Source: Vulcanimicrobiota bacterium (GTDB taxonomy: Bacteria; Vulcanimicrobiota; Xenobia; Xenobiales; JADMJV01). Taken from it: DNA of 64,000 bases. Of the stretch, positions 37,843 through 46,947 are shown one piece after another; position 1 is the stretch's first letter, and the number at the start of each line of letters is the position of its first letter. The position numbers and the translations under genes were made by a program. Where the stretch lies: NCBI GenBank assembly GCA_050250895.1, contig JBFWNU010000006.1, forward strand, positions 529,902-593,901, read 5' to 3'. The notes under the pieces were generated by a model. The model saw only the letters and a list, made by a program, of their open reading frames with translations. It was not told the DNA's origin and did no database searches.

Positions 37843-39848
37843 GGGGTCTGACCGGTGCGGTCTCCGGCCACCACCAGATTGTCCAACGAGAATCCGTCAG
37901 CCGTCACCGACTGATCGCTCTCGAGGCGAAAACGAAGCTGCACCGAGCCACCGTCGTAACCAGACAGGTCGATCGACTCCTGATGCCACTCTTCGCTTCC
38001 CGTGAAGTCCTTGAGGGGCTGCCAACTCTGGCCGTCCTTACTGGCCTCGAGATGAACCTTGTCATAGCCCTGCTCGAGAGCGTGGCGCGCCTCGAAGAGC
38101 AGGGTGCTGCCCTGGACCTGGCTCAGGTCGATGGTCGGCGAAGTCAGCGAACTGTTGGCCTGATTGTCATAGTCGCCGGTGGGGCTGTCGCTGAAGATCG
38201 AGCCGCGGCCGTTGCTCTCGACCCGACCCCATTTGCCGTCGGCCTGCCAGGCCTGGTTGGGCTGATCGAAGTTGTCTTCGAAGACCAGACTGGTGGCTGG
38301 AATCTGGGCAGCCACCGAGCGGAGTTCAGAAGCGTTGCCCACGTTGTCGCGCACTCGCAATCCGAAGTAGAGCTGGCGTTCGCTGGCCGAGGGCGTGATT
38401 CTGACCGAAACCTGTTCGAGGCTCTCGGGCCGGCCGGGCAGACCGGTCTCCACCGGGCGGGCACTTTCGAAGCCGGCCAGATCGGTGATCGGCTGGTTGG
38501 CCATGCGAAGGTCATAACTGCTGGCCTGACCGCACCAACCGTCGTCACCGGTGGCTGTCCAGCGGAGCTTGACCTGACTCGAACCGGCTTCGACCAGGGA
38601 GAGGTCCCCAGGAGCGGCCGGCGGCAGGCGATCGTTGTCGAGAGCGTTGGCCGCGTTGAGGCGGCCTCCGGTGGCCACCTTGCCTCGCAAGCTGGGCAGT
38701 TGGTCTACGCCCTGCAGGATGCGGGTCTTGAGTTCGTCGTTGCTCATTTCGGGATAGGCGCTGGCCAGCAGCGCGGCCACTCCGCTCACATGAGGGGTGG
38801 CCATGGAGGTGCCGCTCTTATGGCCATAACCGCCGCCGGGCATGGTCGAATAGATATTGCCGCCGGGGGCGGCCAGGTCGACGCTGGTGGCTCCATAGTT
38901 GGAAAACGACGACAACCGATCATTGCTGTCGGTCGAGGCCACCGCGATCGAGTTGGGCAAATCATAGTTGCTGGGGTAGTGGGGATTGCGATCGTTGTTG
39001 GAGGAGTTGTTGCCGGCCGCCATGATATGCAGCGCCGGAGAGTTGCGAAAAGCCTCGGCGATGGCTTGATTGGCGCCGCCGCCTCCCCACGAATTAGAGG
39101 TGATGCGGGCGCCCATCTTCGAGGCGTAGAGGATACCGCGAAGGATGGCGTCGGTGGTGGTGCTGCCCGAGTCGTCGAAGATCTTCACCGGCATCAGACG
39201 AGCCCGCCAATTGACCCCCACCACCCCTTGACCGTTGTTGCCTTCGGCCGCAATGGTGCCGGCCACGTGGGTACCGTGCGAGTGGCCGTCCATGGGGTTG
39301 CCGCTATTGGCGAAGGCGTTAAAGCCGTGAACGTCATCGATCACCCCGTTTCCGTCGTTGTCGATACCGTCACCGGGAATCTCTCCGGCATTGGTCCAGA
39401 CGTTGTTCTTGAGGTCGGGGTGATGGTAGTCGAGGCCGGTGTCGAGAATGGCCACCAGGGGTCCCTGGGGCGAACCGGTGCTGGTGTCCCAGGCTTCGGG
39501 CGCCTTGATCTTTTCCATTCCCCACAGTTTGGGGTCGAGGTCATTGGGCGTCTGCCGCTCGTCGAGGGTGTAGATATCGTTGGTGACGGCGTAATCTACC
39601 CGAGGGTCCTCGCTCATGCGCTCGACGGCGTCGGCGGCGCTCAACCCCTCCGGCAGTTCGAGCCGGACCAGATCGCCTTCGAAACTCTTGAAGATATCGC
39701 GGGGAAAGTCGAACCGTTCGACGGTGCGGGCTCCGTACGAATCGGCAAAGCGGTCGTCGGATTGAAAAATGCCTCGCTTGAGTTTGACCAGCACTTCGCC
39801 CTCGACGTAATTCCTGGCTGGGTTGCTGGCGGGAAGGCGTGAGATCAT
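37839..39848 (-). CDS. subtilisin-family (S8) peptidase with FN3-like and C-terminal beta-sandwich domains
   Basis: ILDTG, HGTHVAG, GTSMATPH; start MISRLP after AAGGAG; no signal peptide. Confidence 0.92.
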   Translation of the reverse strand: MISRLPASNPARNYVEGEVLVKLKRGIFQSDDRFADSYGARTVERFDFPRDIFKSFEGDLVRLELPEGLSAADAVERMSEDPRVDYAVTNDIYTLDERQTPNDLDPKLWGMEKIKAPEAWDTSTGSPQGPLVAILDTGLDYHHPDLKNNVWTNAGEIPGDGIDNDGNGVIDDVHGFNAFANSGNPMDGHSHGTHVAGTIAAEGNNGQGVVGVNWRARLMPVKIFDDSGSTTTDAILRGILYASKMGARITSNSWGGGGANQAIAEAFRNSPALHIMAAGNNSSNNDRNPHYPSNYDLPNSIAVASTDSNDRLSSFSNYGATSVDLAAPGGNIYSTMPGGGYGHKSGTSMATPHVSGVAALLASAYPEMSNDELKTRILQGVDQLPSLRGKVATGGRLNAANALDNDRLPPAAPGDLSLVEAGSSQVKLRWTATGDDGWCGQASSYDLRMANQPITDLAGFESARPVETGLPGRPESLEQVSVRITPSASERQLYFGLRVRDNVGNASELRSVAAQIPATSLVFEDNFDQPNQAWQADGKWGRVESNGRGSIFSDSPTGDYDNQANSSLTSPTIDLSQVQGSTLLFEARHALEQGYDKVHLEASKDGQSWQPLKDFTGSEEWHQESIDLSGYDGGSVQLRFRLESDQSVTADGFSLDNLVVAGDRTGQTP

Positions 39849-39971
39849 TGGCTGCTCCTTTTCGATGTGAGCGGATAGTAGCCAAAATCGGAGAGCCAGA
39901 TGTAACAACCAGGTTAACTGGATGCCTTCATGGCACAGGTTCACCGCCAACGGCGCCGAATCTAACATGAC

Positions 39972-40454
39972 GTGGAGCCTGAACGCCTGGAGCGAGCCAG
40001 TAAGATGTGGAAGCGCGGTTACCGCTTTCAGCTCGACGGTGAAATCGACCAGGCGATCGACTGCTATCGGCGTTCGCTCTCGATCGTTCCCACTCCCGAG
40101 GCCCATACGTTTCTGGGCAGCGCCTACGGCCAACAAGGCCGCCTCGAACAGGCCAAGGCCGAATGCCTGCGAGCCCTGGCCATCGACCCTGAATTCGGGA
40201 TGTCTTACAACGACCTCGGTTGCTATCTGATGAAAGAGGGTCGTCTCAAGGAAGCGCTCGAATGCCTGGCCCGGGCCAAGACAGCCCAACACTACGGGGG
40301 TCGTCACTCACCCTATATCCACACCGGCCGGATCTACATGAGTCAGGGCCTGTTTCGCAAAGCGCTGGGCGAATTCAGGCAAGCGGTGGGACTGGCTCCG
40401 TCCGACCCCGGGGCCCGCAAAGCCTTGCACAGCGCCCTGGCATGGTTTAACTGA
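39972..40454 (+). CDS. tetratricopeptide repeat protein
   Basis: three to four TPR motifs. Confidence 0.85.
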   Translation: MEPERLERASKMWKRGYRFQLDGEIDQAIDCYRRSLSIVPTPEAHTFLGSAYGQQGRLEQAKAECLRALAIDPEFGMSYNDLGCYLMKEGRLKEALECLARAKTAQHYGGRHSPYIHTGRIYMSQGLFRKALGEFRQAVGLAPSDPGARKALHSALAWFN

Positions 40455-40503
40455 CTGGTGAATTGCTGACGTGCGCCACTCCCGGGCAACCAGCCGGCAA
40501 AAA

Positions 40504-40588
40504 CTGTTTACACAACCGCAAAGTCGGTAACAAAGTTGTCACAAAAATCGCGCGCAATTGGTTTTCAGAACCGCTATACTGGACTCAA
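40504..40588 (+). promoter_or_regulatory. direct-repeat array plus -10 box
   Basis: TTTAC 40507, GTAAC 40527, GTCAC 40538; CCGCTATACTGGACTCAA. Confidence 0.55.
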
Positions 40589-40617
40589 GATTAATCCCTA
40601 TTGTGAGGTGCAGGAGT

Positions 40618-40956
40618 ATGTGTAAGGTCAAAAAAGGCGGCGGAGACATCAATATCAACATCATCAACAGCGGCAACCAGTATGGCGCTGAAGGTGCGCA
40701 GGGTCCCGGCGGTCAGTTCGGTGGTCCCGGTGGTTGTCAACGCGGCCAGAAAATGCGCGCTCTCGGAACTTTGATGAAACTCGCCAGCGTTCTCAACGGC
40801 GGCCAGGCTGGATTCCCCGGTGCGGGCGGCTGCGGCAACTGCATGAGTGCCCAGAACCCCCTCTTCGGCGGCGGTTGCCAGCACGGCGGCGGCGGCCTCA
40901 ATTTCGGCATCTCCGGTGGATTCCGGATGTCGGCCGGCAACTTCCTCGGCATCTAG
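40618..40956 (+). CDS. small Gly/Cys-rich protein
   Basis: MCKVKKGGG...NFLGI; promoter, RBS and terminator present. Confidence 0.75.
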   Translation: MCKVKKGGGDININIINSGNQYGAEGAQGPGGQFGGPGGCQRGQKMRALGTLMKLASVLNGGQAGFPGAGGCGNCMSAQNPLFGGGCQHGGGGLNFGISGGFRMSAGNFLGI

Positions 40957-40988
40957 CCGAATACCCAACTCGAGATTTCTGACTAGAG

Positions 40989-41016
40989 AAGAGGTCCTCA
41001 CGGGCCTCTTTTTTAT
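40989..41016 (+). terminator. rho-independent terminator
   Basis: AAGAGGTCC-tcac-GGGCCTCTT followed by a T run. Confidence 0.8.
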
Positions 41017-41074
41017 TGTTGCCGAGGACACCCAGGGCTGGTCGCGAACGACACGCCCTGGAAGCGAGGTGCCT

Positions 41075-42097
41075 GTGCCCCATCGAGTCGTGCTCATCCC
41101 CGGAGACGGGATCGGTCCTGAAATCACCGAGAGTGTGCGCGAGATCTTCGCGGCCGCCGAGATTCCCGTGGTCTGGAAGGTTCACCAGGCCGGCCTGACC
41201 GCCATGGAGCGCGACGGAAGCCTCCTGCCCGAAGAGACCCTCGAGGCCATTCGTCGCTATCGGGTGGCCCTCAAGGGCCCGTGCACCACACCCATCGGAG
41301 GGGGCTTTGCCTCGGTCAACGTGCAGTTGCGCAAGAAGCTGGATCTCTACGCCGCCGTGCGACCGGTTCGCAGCGTGCCCGGGGTAGTGACCCGCTTCGA
41401 AGGGGTCGATCTGGTGGTGGTTCGCGAAAATACCGAAGGCCTATATAGCGGCATCGAGAACGAAGTCACTCCCGGCGTGGTGGCCAGTATGAAAGTGGCC
41501 ACCGAGACCGCCTGCCGGCGAGTGGCCAAGTTTGCCTTTCGCTACGCCACCCACCGCCGCCGCAAGAAAATCACGGTCTTCCACAAGGCCAACATTATGA
41601 AGTTGTCGGACGGGCTGTTCCTTCGCAACGCCCAGCGGGTGCACCGCGAGGACTATCCCAACATCGACTATGAAGAGTCGATCATCGATGCGGGCTGCAT
41701 GCGCATGGTCCAGGACCCCACCCAATTCGACATTCTCTTACTAGAGAATCTCTATGGCGACGTCATCAGCGACCTGTGCGCCGGCCTGGTGGGCGGGCTC
41801 GGAGTGACCCCCGGGGCAAACTTTGGCGACGACGGACTGGCTTGCTTTGAGGCCGTGCACGGCTCGGCTCCGGATATTGCCGGCCACGGCGTCGCCAACC
41901 CACTAGCTTTCTTGATGTCGGCCGCCATGATGCTCGAACATCTAGCCGCGCACCACGACGATCCATCGTGTCTCGAGCACTCGCTGCGCTTGCGACGAGC
42001 CTACTGTCGCACCCTGGAAGACGGCAAGAAGACGCGCGATCTCGGGGGCACCCTCGACACCGCCGCCTTCACTCAGGAAATTATCGCCCGGCTTTAA
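41075..42097 (+). CDS. NAD-dependent isocitrate/isopropylmalate dehydrogenase family protein
   Basis: IPGDGIGPEI, VRENTEGLY, HKANIMK, NLYGDVISD, EAVHGSAPDIAG. Confidence 0.92.
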   Translation: MPHRVVLIPGDGIGPEITESVREIFAAAEIPVVWKVHQAGLTAMERDGSLLPEETLEAIRRYRVALKGPCTTPIGGGFASVNVQLRKKLDLYAAVRPVRSVPGVVTRFEGVDLVVVRENTEGLYSGIENEVTPGVVASMKVATETACRRVAKFAFRYATHRRRKKITVFHKANIMKLSDGLFLRNAQRVHREDYPNIDYEESIIDAGCMRMVQDPTQFDILLLENLYGDVISDLCAGLVGGLGVTPGANFGDDGLACFEAVHGSAPDIAGHGVANPLAFLMSAAMMLEHLAAHHDDPSCLEHSLRLRRAYCRTLEDGKKTRDLGGTLDTAAFTQEIIARL

Positions 42098-42100
42098 GGC

Positions 42101-43072
42101 TTAAGAAAAGGTGCAGGTGGTGGCCACGACTTCGAGGCAGACGTTCTCCATCTGGTCCACCAATTGGAAGCGCTTGGCATTACCGACCGAAGACTTGACC
42201 ACGATGTCGGCGATCATCGTCTGGGCGGGCTCGCTGCCGAGATAATCCGACAGACCGCGCACGCTGTTGAACTGGTACTCCCCTACCGAGCCGTCAGGAC
42301 GGCCCAGTTTGATCACCACGCCGGTCTCGTGGCGAGCGTACTCGATCAGCCGCCCGTGGTGGCGTCCTCCCAGTCGAACCTGGGTGTCAGGGCGAGGCGG
42401 GGTGCCCGGTTGCTCTACGGCGGGCGTGGCGGCCTCTTCGGCCGGCAACGCATAGTCGTTGCCAAACAGAATGCGGTGGAGGATGCTGGTGTCGTCGCGC
42501 TTTAGCATGATCGCTTCATAGCGGGCCAGGTTGGTCTGGGCGGCCTGATCGAGACCGACAAATTGTAGACCCACGCGATAGCGTCCCCGCTCCTTCATCG
42601 AGCACCAGGCTACCCGTGCCGAGCACTCGACCGGCGTTACGCTGGTGACATCAAACTCCAACCGCATCAAGACCGTCTGGCCAGCTTCCATTTCGGCCGG
42701 CACCTCGAGTTGCACCCCGCCGCTGGAAAAATCGACCGTCACGGCCCGATAGCCTGGCAGCTCCTTGGACAGAACACAGAGGTGACAATCGATGCGAGGG
42801 GCCGAGCGCAGGGCTTCATCGCTGACGTCTGACTGGGCCTCGGGTAGACCCTTACCGCTGGTGATGCGACCACTGATGGCGAAGCCACCATTGGTGAGAG
42901 GCCGGCAGCTGTCGACCAGGATCTTGAACAGGTCGCTCTTGCCGCCACCGGGCATGTTCGCTCTCAGCGACACCTCTTTACCGATCGGCAACTTGCGCTT
43001 GCCGCGCAGCACGACCACATGGCCATCGGCCTCTACGTAGTCCAGGGTGGGGCTCAAGAGTTCTCTTAACAT
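42101..43072 (-). CDS. PilZ domain (c-di-GMP receptor) protein
   Basis: RSAPR and DFSSGG motifs; ARVAW..YRVGLQF. Confidence 0.85.
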   Translation of the reverse strand: MLRELLSPTLDYVEADGHVVVLRGKRKLPIGKEVSLRANMPGGGKSDLFKILVDSCRPLTNGGFAISGRITSGKGLPEAQSDVSDEALRSAPRIDCHLCVLSKELPGYRAVTVDFSSGGVQLEVPAEMEAGQTVLMRLEFDVTSVTPVECSARVAWCSMKERGRYRVGLQFVGLDQAAQTNLARYEAIMLKRDDTSILHRILFGNDYALPAEEAATPAVEQPGTPPRPDTQVRLGGRHHGRLIEYARHETGVVIKLGRPDGSVGEYQFNSVRGLSDYLGSEPAQTMIADIVVKSSVGNAKRFQLVDQMENVCLEVVATTCTFS

Positions 43073-43145
43073 GACGGGCACCTCATTCGGGGATGGAGTT
43101 GCCTCAACTCTAAAGAGCCGGGCATCCCGGCCGGTTACCAGAATG

Positions 43146-44810
43146 TTAATTTTCCGCAGGCTGGGCCGACTGCTCGTCGTCAGCGACCGGGTCGATGTCG
43201 CCCAGGTTCTCGGTGGGGGCGGCTGCGTGCAACTCGTGAATGTGGCTCTCGGTCTGGGCCAGGCGTTGCATCAAAGTGCTGGCTGCATCATCCGAGATCA
43301 ACCCGCGGGTAAGGGCGTCCTGAACGGCCGCGATCTGGGCCGCCAGCACGTTGCGCATGGCGTCTTGAACCTGCTCGTCGCGAATGTCCTGGTCGCTCCG
43401 GCCCATCTCCTTTAGCTCTTGCTGTAAGGTCTCCATCGAATGGCGGTGAGGACCCGCCAATTGCTCGTGGATATCGGGGCTGATGCTGTGCAGCTTGCGC
43501 AGGCGATCGAGTTCTTTGAGGGCCCGCTCGTGGCTGAGCATCTGGCCTAGTTTCAGCTCGTAATCGTGCAGCCGGGGCGAGCGACCGAGCAAACCGAAGG
43601 CCGAGAGCACATGGCGAGTCGTCAGGCCCTGCACGAACAGCGACAAGATGACCACTCCAAAGGTCATCAGCAGAATCTCCTGGCGGTTGGCAAGCTCGGC
43701 CGGAAGACCCATAGCCAGGGCCATACTCACCGAGCCCCGCAGGCCAGACCACACCATCACGCACTGCCAGCTGGCGATGACGGGCGTGTCGAACTGATTG
43801 CAGATGGGCGTCAGCAAGAACACCGCCACGGCCCGGGCCAGAACCACCACCACGAAGGCCACCAGAACCTGGTACCACTCGTCGGCGATCAAGCGCAGGT
43901 CGACCTGAGTGCCGATCAGCAAGAAGACCAGCGAATTCATCAGAAAGCCCATGTATTCCCAGAAGGCATGCATCATCATCTGGGTGTTGTGCGACATCCC
44001 CACTCGCAGGCCGAAGTTGCCGTAGACCAGCCCGGCTGCAATGACCGCCATCACCCCCGAGACATGCATGTACTCGGCCATGAGAAACGAGCCGTAGGCC
44101 AGAATGGTGCTCAGCGTGATCTCGATGAGATGGTCATCGATCATCTGAGTCAAGCGCGAGATGCAATAGCCGAAGGCGCTGCCCAGAGCCAGGCCACCCA
44201 GACTCACGATAAGAAACTGGGAAAGTCCATTGAAGATGGTGAACTGGGCTCCCAGCGCCAGACCCAGCAGGATCTTGAACACGACCACAGCGGCCCCGTC
44301 GTTGAGCAGGCTTTCTCCCTCGACGATCATCGCAAGTCGTGGTGGAGCCTTCATCTCCTTGAAGATGGCCAGCACCGAAATAGGGTCGGTGGCGCAGATC
44401 AAAGCTCCAAAGACCAGGGCGCTGCCGAGAGCCATTCCCAGAATGGCCTGCAGGCCAAAGCCCACCAGGGCTGTGGCCAGGATCAACCCCACCACGGCCA
44501 GGGTCAAGATCGGCTTGAGGTTGCGCTGCAGGTGCTCGAAATGCAGATTGAAAGCGGCTTCGAACAGCAAAGCCGGCAGGAACACCGTGAACACCATGGC
44601 CGGGGTCAGTTGAACGTCCAACTCGAGATAGTGGCTAGCCTTGAGTAAACCGATGCCCAGTCCGGCCGCCACCAGCGCGATGGTGTAGGGCAGCCGAACA
44701 TACTTCACCGCCACCGCCACCAGGGCGATGACGATCAGTTCGGGGATCAATATGAGGACATCGATGGAGCCGGAGCCGTGTTCGGCTGCCGCGGCTAATA
44801 AAAAATGCAT
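43146..44810 (-). CDS. CPA1/NhaP Na+/H+ antiporter
   Basis: FLPALLFE, ATDPISV, EGESLLNDG, GLRGSVSMAL. Confidence 0.93.
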   Translation of the reverse strand: MHFLLAAAAEHGSGSIDVLILIPELIVIALVAVAVKYVRLPYTIALVAAGLGIGLLKASHYLELDVQLTPAMVFTVFLPALLFEAAFNLHFEHLQRNLKPILTLAVVGLILATALVGFGLQAILGMALGSALVFGALICATDPISVLAIFKEMKAPPRLAMIVEGESLLNDGAAVVVFKILLGLALGAQFTIFNGLSQFLIVSLGGLALGSAFGYCISRLTQMIDDHLIEITLSTILAYGSFLMAEYMHVSGVMAVIAAGLVYGNFGLRVGMSHNTQMMMHAFWEYMGFLMNSLVFLLIGTQVDLRLIADEWYQVLVAFVVVVLARAVAVFLLTPICNQFDTPVIASWQCVMVWSGLRGSVSMALAMGLPAELANRQEILLMTFGVVILSLFVQGLTTRHVLSAFGLLGRSPRLHDYELKLGQMLSHERALKELDRLRKLHSISPDIHEQLAGPHRHSMETLQQELKEMGRSDQDIRDEQVQDAMRNVLAAQIAAVQDALTRGLISDDAASTLMQRLAQTESHIHELHAAAPTENLGDIDPVADDEQSAQPAEN

Positions 44811-44922
44811 GGGCAAGATCTCGTTCGGGCCCACCCCTTTCAACGTGAAAGCGTGTTCTCCCTTGGCGACGGTGCCGGCACGGGGAAAGGATAACCGCGC
44901 CGACAGCAAGAACCGCCCCGCC

Positions 44923-46281
44923 ATGAATGTCCAGGAAAAGGTTATGTTTCTTCAGCAGTTGCGCGAAGGTTTCGACCAGATCGGTGCGCTGTTTCCCACC
45001 TCGAGTTCGGCCGCCAGGGCGATGGTGGCCGACGTGGCCCGCCACCAGGGTCCCAAGACGATCCTCGAGGTAGGAGCTGGAACAGGCCCCATCACGGCCG
45101 AACTGGTCAAGTTGCTCGGACCCGATGACCAACTCGTGGTCTGCGAGATGAACGAGAAGTTCATGAACCACCTCATCGAGCGATTCGACCGCGAGCCGAG
45201 CTTTGCCAACGTCCGGCACCAGGTCGAGTTCTGCTGCAAGAGCGTGCTCGAAGTCGACGGCACCGAGCGATTCGACTACATTGTCTCGACCTTGCCCTTC
45301 ACCAGCCTGGGCGCTGATCTGGTGGCGCAGATTTTCGATCACTATCAGCGTCTACTCAAACCCGGAGCGGTGCTCACCTACATCGAGTATGCCTATCTGC
45401 GCAATCTTAGAACCCAACTGGCAGGTTCGACGGCTCGCGCCAAGGCCGAGCGCACCAATCTGATTCTGGACGGCAATATCGAAAGGTATCAATTTCGCCG
45501 CGAGGTGGTCCCGGCCAACCTGCCGCCCGCCTGGGTGCGCAGCCTGCGCTTCACCGAAGTCCCCCCCGACAAAGCGCTCCACATCAAGCCCATCGCCAAC
45601 CGCAAGCGCCTGAGTCTGGGCCGTTTCGGGCTTTCGACCGAGAGCTTCGGCCTGTTGGCCGGCCTGGGGGCCGCCGCCTTGCTGCTCAAGAAGAAAAAGT
45701 CCAAAGCCTGGGTGGCTCCCCTGGCCCTGGCCGGCGCGGCCGCCTGGTTTCACCGCGACCCCGAACGTGAAGTCAGGGCCAACACGGCCGTGGCCTACTC
45801 CGCCGCGGATGGCCGGGTATTGGGTATCGAGCGCCTGCGCCATCCTCGCCTGGGCGATCAGGAGTGGCTCCGAATCAACGTGTTTCTCTCGCTGGGTGAC
45901 GTTCACATCAACCGTTCGCCCATCGCCGGCAAAGTGGTCGACAAATGGGACGAGCCGGGGGGCTACTCGCCCGCCTTTCGTTCTGAGGCCAACAACAACG
46001 AGTCACGTTACATCGTCATCGAAGGTGCCGACCTTCGCTGTGCGGTGGCCCAGCGTTCGGGCGCCCTGGCCCGCACCATCTACACCTGGTGCGAAAAGGG
46101 GGAACTGCTGTGCCAGGGCGAGCGTTACGGCATGATTCGCTTCGGCTCGCGGACCGATGTCTATCTGCCTGCGGATCGGGTAGAGGTGCTGGTCAGCGAG
46201 GGCGACCGGGTGGTGGCTGGTCAGACGCCACTAGCTCGGCTCGTGAGTCGCGCGAGCGACGGGCAAAAAGCCAGCGAATAG
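44923..46281 (+). CDS. fusion of a PmtA-type phospholipid N-methyltransferase and phosphatidylserine decarboxylase
   Basis: N-half IGALFPTSS, ILEVGAGTG, IVSTLPF, NLPPAWV; C-half FHRDP, SAADG, VFLSLGDVHINRSP, RFGSRTD. Confidence 0.85.
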   Translation: MNVQEKVMFLQQLREGFDQIGALFPTSSSAARAMVADVARHQGPKTILEVGAGTGPITAELVKLLGPDDQLVVCEMNEKFMNHLIERFDREPSFANVRHQVEFCCKSVLEVDGTERFDYIVSTLPFTSLGADLVAQIFDHYQRLLKPGAVLTYIEYAYLRNLRTQLAGSTARAKAERTNLILDGNIERYQFRREVVPANLPPAWVRSLRFTEVPPDKALHIKPIANRKRLSLGRFGLSTESFGLLAGLGAAALLLKKKKSKAWVAPLALAGAAAWFHRDPEREVRANTAVAYSAADGRVLGIERLRHPRLGDQEWLRINVFLSLGDVHINRSPIAGKVVDKWDEPGGYSPAFRSEANNNESRYIVIEGADLRCAVAQRSGALARTIYTWCEKGELLCQGERYGMIRFGSRTDVYLPADRVEVLVSEGDRVVAGQTPLARLVSRASDGQKASE

Positions 46282-46918
46282 GCCCCGACATCAAAAAGCT
46301 GGTGGCCGCGATCCAGGTGGTCCAGCGCACCGAGAAAACCGCTCCCACGGCCAGGATGGCGTAAAACCAGGACGGGTAGCTCAACATTTGAGTTCCCTTG
46401 GGATAGGGAAAGTCACTGACCATCAGCAAGCCCAGCATCACCAGATAGGCGACGCCAAAATGGGCATTGAGTTCGGGGCAGGTCAGATAGATGACCGCCA
46501 CCAGGGCCGCCACGGCCGTGGTGGGCAACCCCTGGAACTGCGTGCTCACTTCTCCCGCCGCGTTGAATCGCGCTAATCGAAAGGCGCCGCCAAAGACATA
46601 GACGCAGCCGGCCAGAAAGAGCACCGGGATCTCGATGGTGGGCCAGAACCAATAAAACGACAGCACCGCGCTGGCGACCACGAAAGAAGTCATGTCGGCC
46701 AACGAGTCCAGCTGGGCGCCAATGGGGGTGCTGACATCCCAGCGGCGCGCCAGATAGCCGTCCAGTGCGTCGAGGGACACGCAACCCAGCAAACACCAGG
46801 CGGCCGCCGCGGTGGCGTCGAGGGTGACTGCCAGCAAGGCGGTTACGCCCAGCATCAGATTCGCGCCGGTCACGCCGTTGACGATCCAGCCGTGAAAGGA
46901 AGATGATTTCTCGGACAA
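46193..46918 (-). CDS. pssA: CDP-diacylglycerol--serine O-phosphatidyltransferase
   Basis: DALDGYLAR..GAQLDSLADM, FRLARFN, FQGLPT, LMVS. Confidence 0.85.
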   Translation of the reverse strand: MSEKSSSFHGWIVNGVTGANLMLGVTALLAVTLDATAAAAWCLLGCVSLDALDGYLARRWDVSTPIGAQLDSLADMTSFVVASAVLSFYWFWPTIEIPVLFLAGCVYVFGGAFRLARFNAAGEVSTQFQGLPTTAVAALVAVIYLTCPELNAHFGVAYLVMLGLLMVSDFPYPKGTQMLSYPSWFYAILAVGAVFSVRWTTWIAATSFLMSGPIRWLFARRSRDSRAELVASDQPPPGRPR

Positions 46919-46947
46919 AGTGCGTAGCGCCTTCGTGTCGGGTGTGG

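Noticed and set aside
37983-39842. 619-aa plus-strand ORF
   Set aside because: Antisense shadow of the subtilase
39849-40307. N-terminal extension of the subtilase in the ORF track
   Set aside because: Overlaps the TPR gene on the opposite strand; a good RBS supports the start at 39848
35024-40956. Gly/Cys-rich peptides as RiPP precursors processed by the C39, M16 or S8 peptidases
   Set aside because: No YcaO, radical SAM, LanM or ABC exporter nearby and the peptidases are unlinked; trans-acting enzymes elsewhere cannot be excluded
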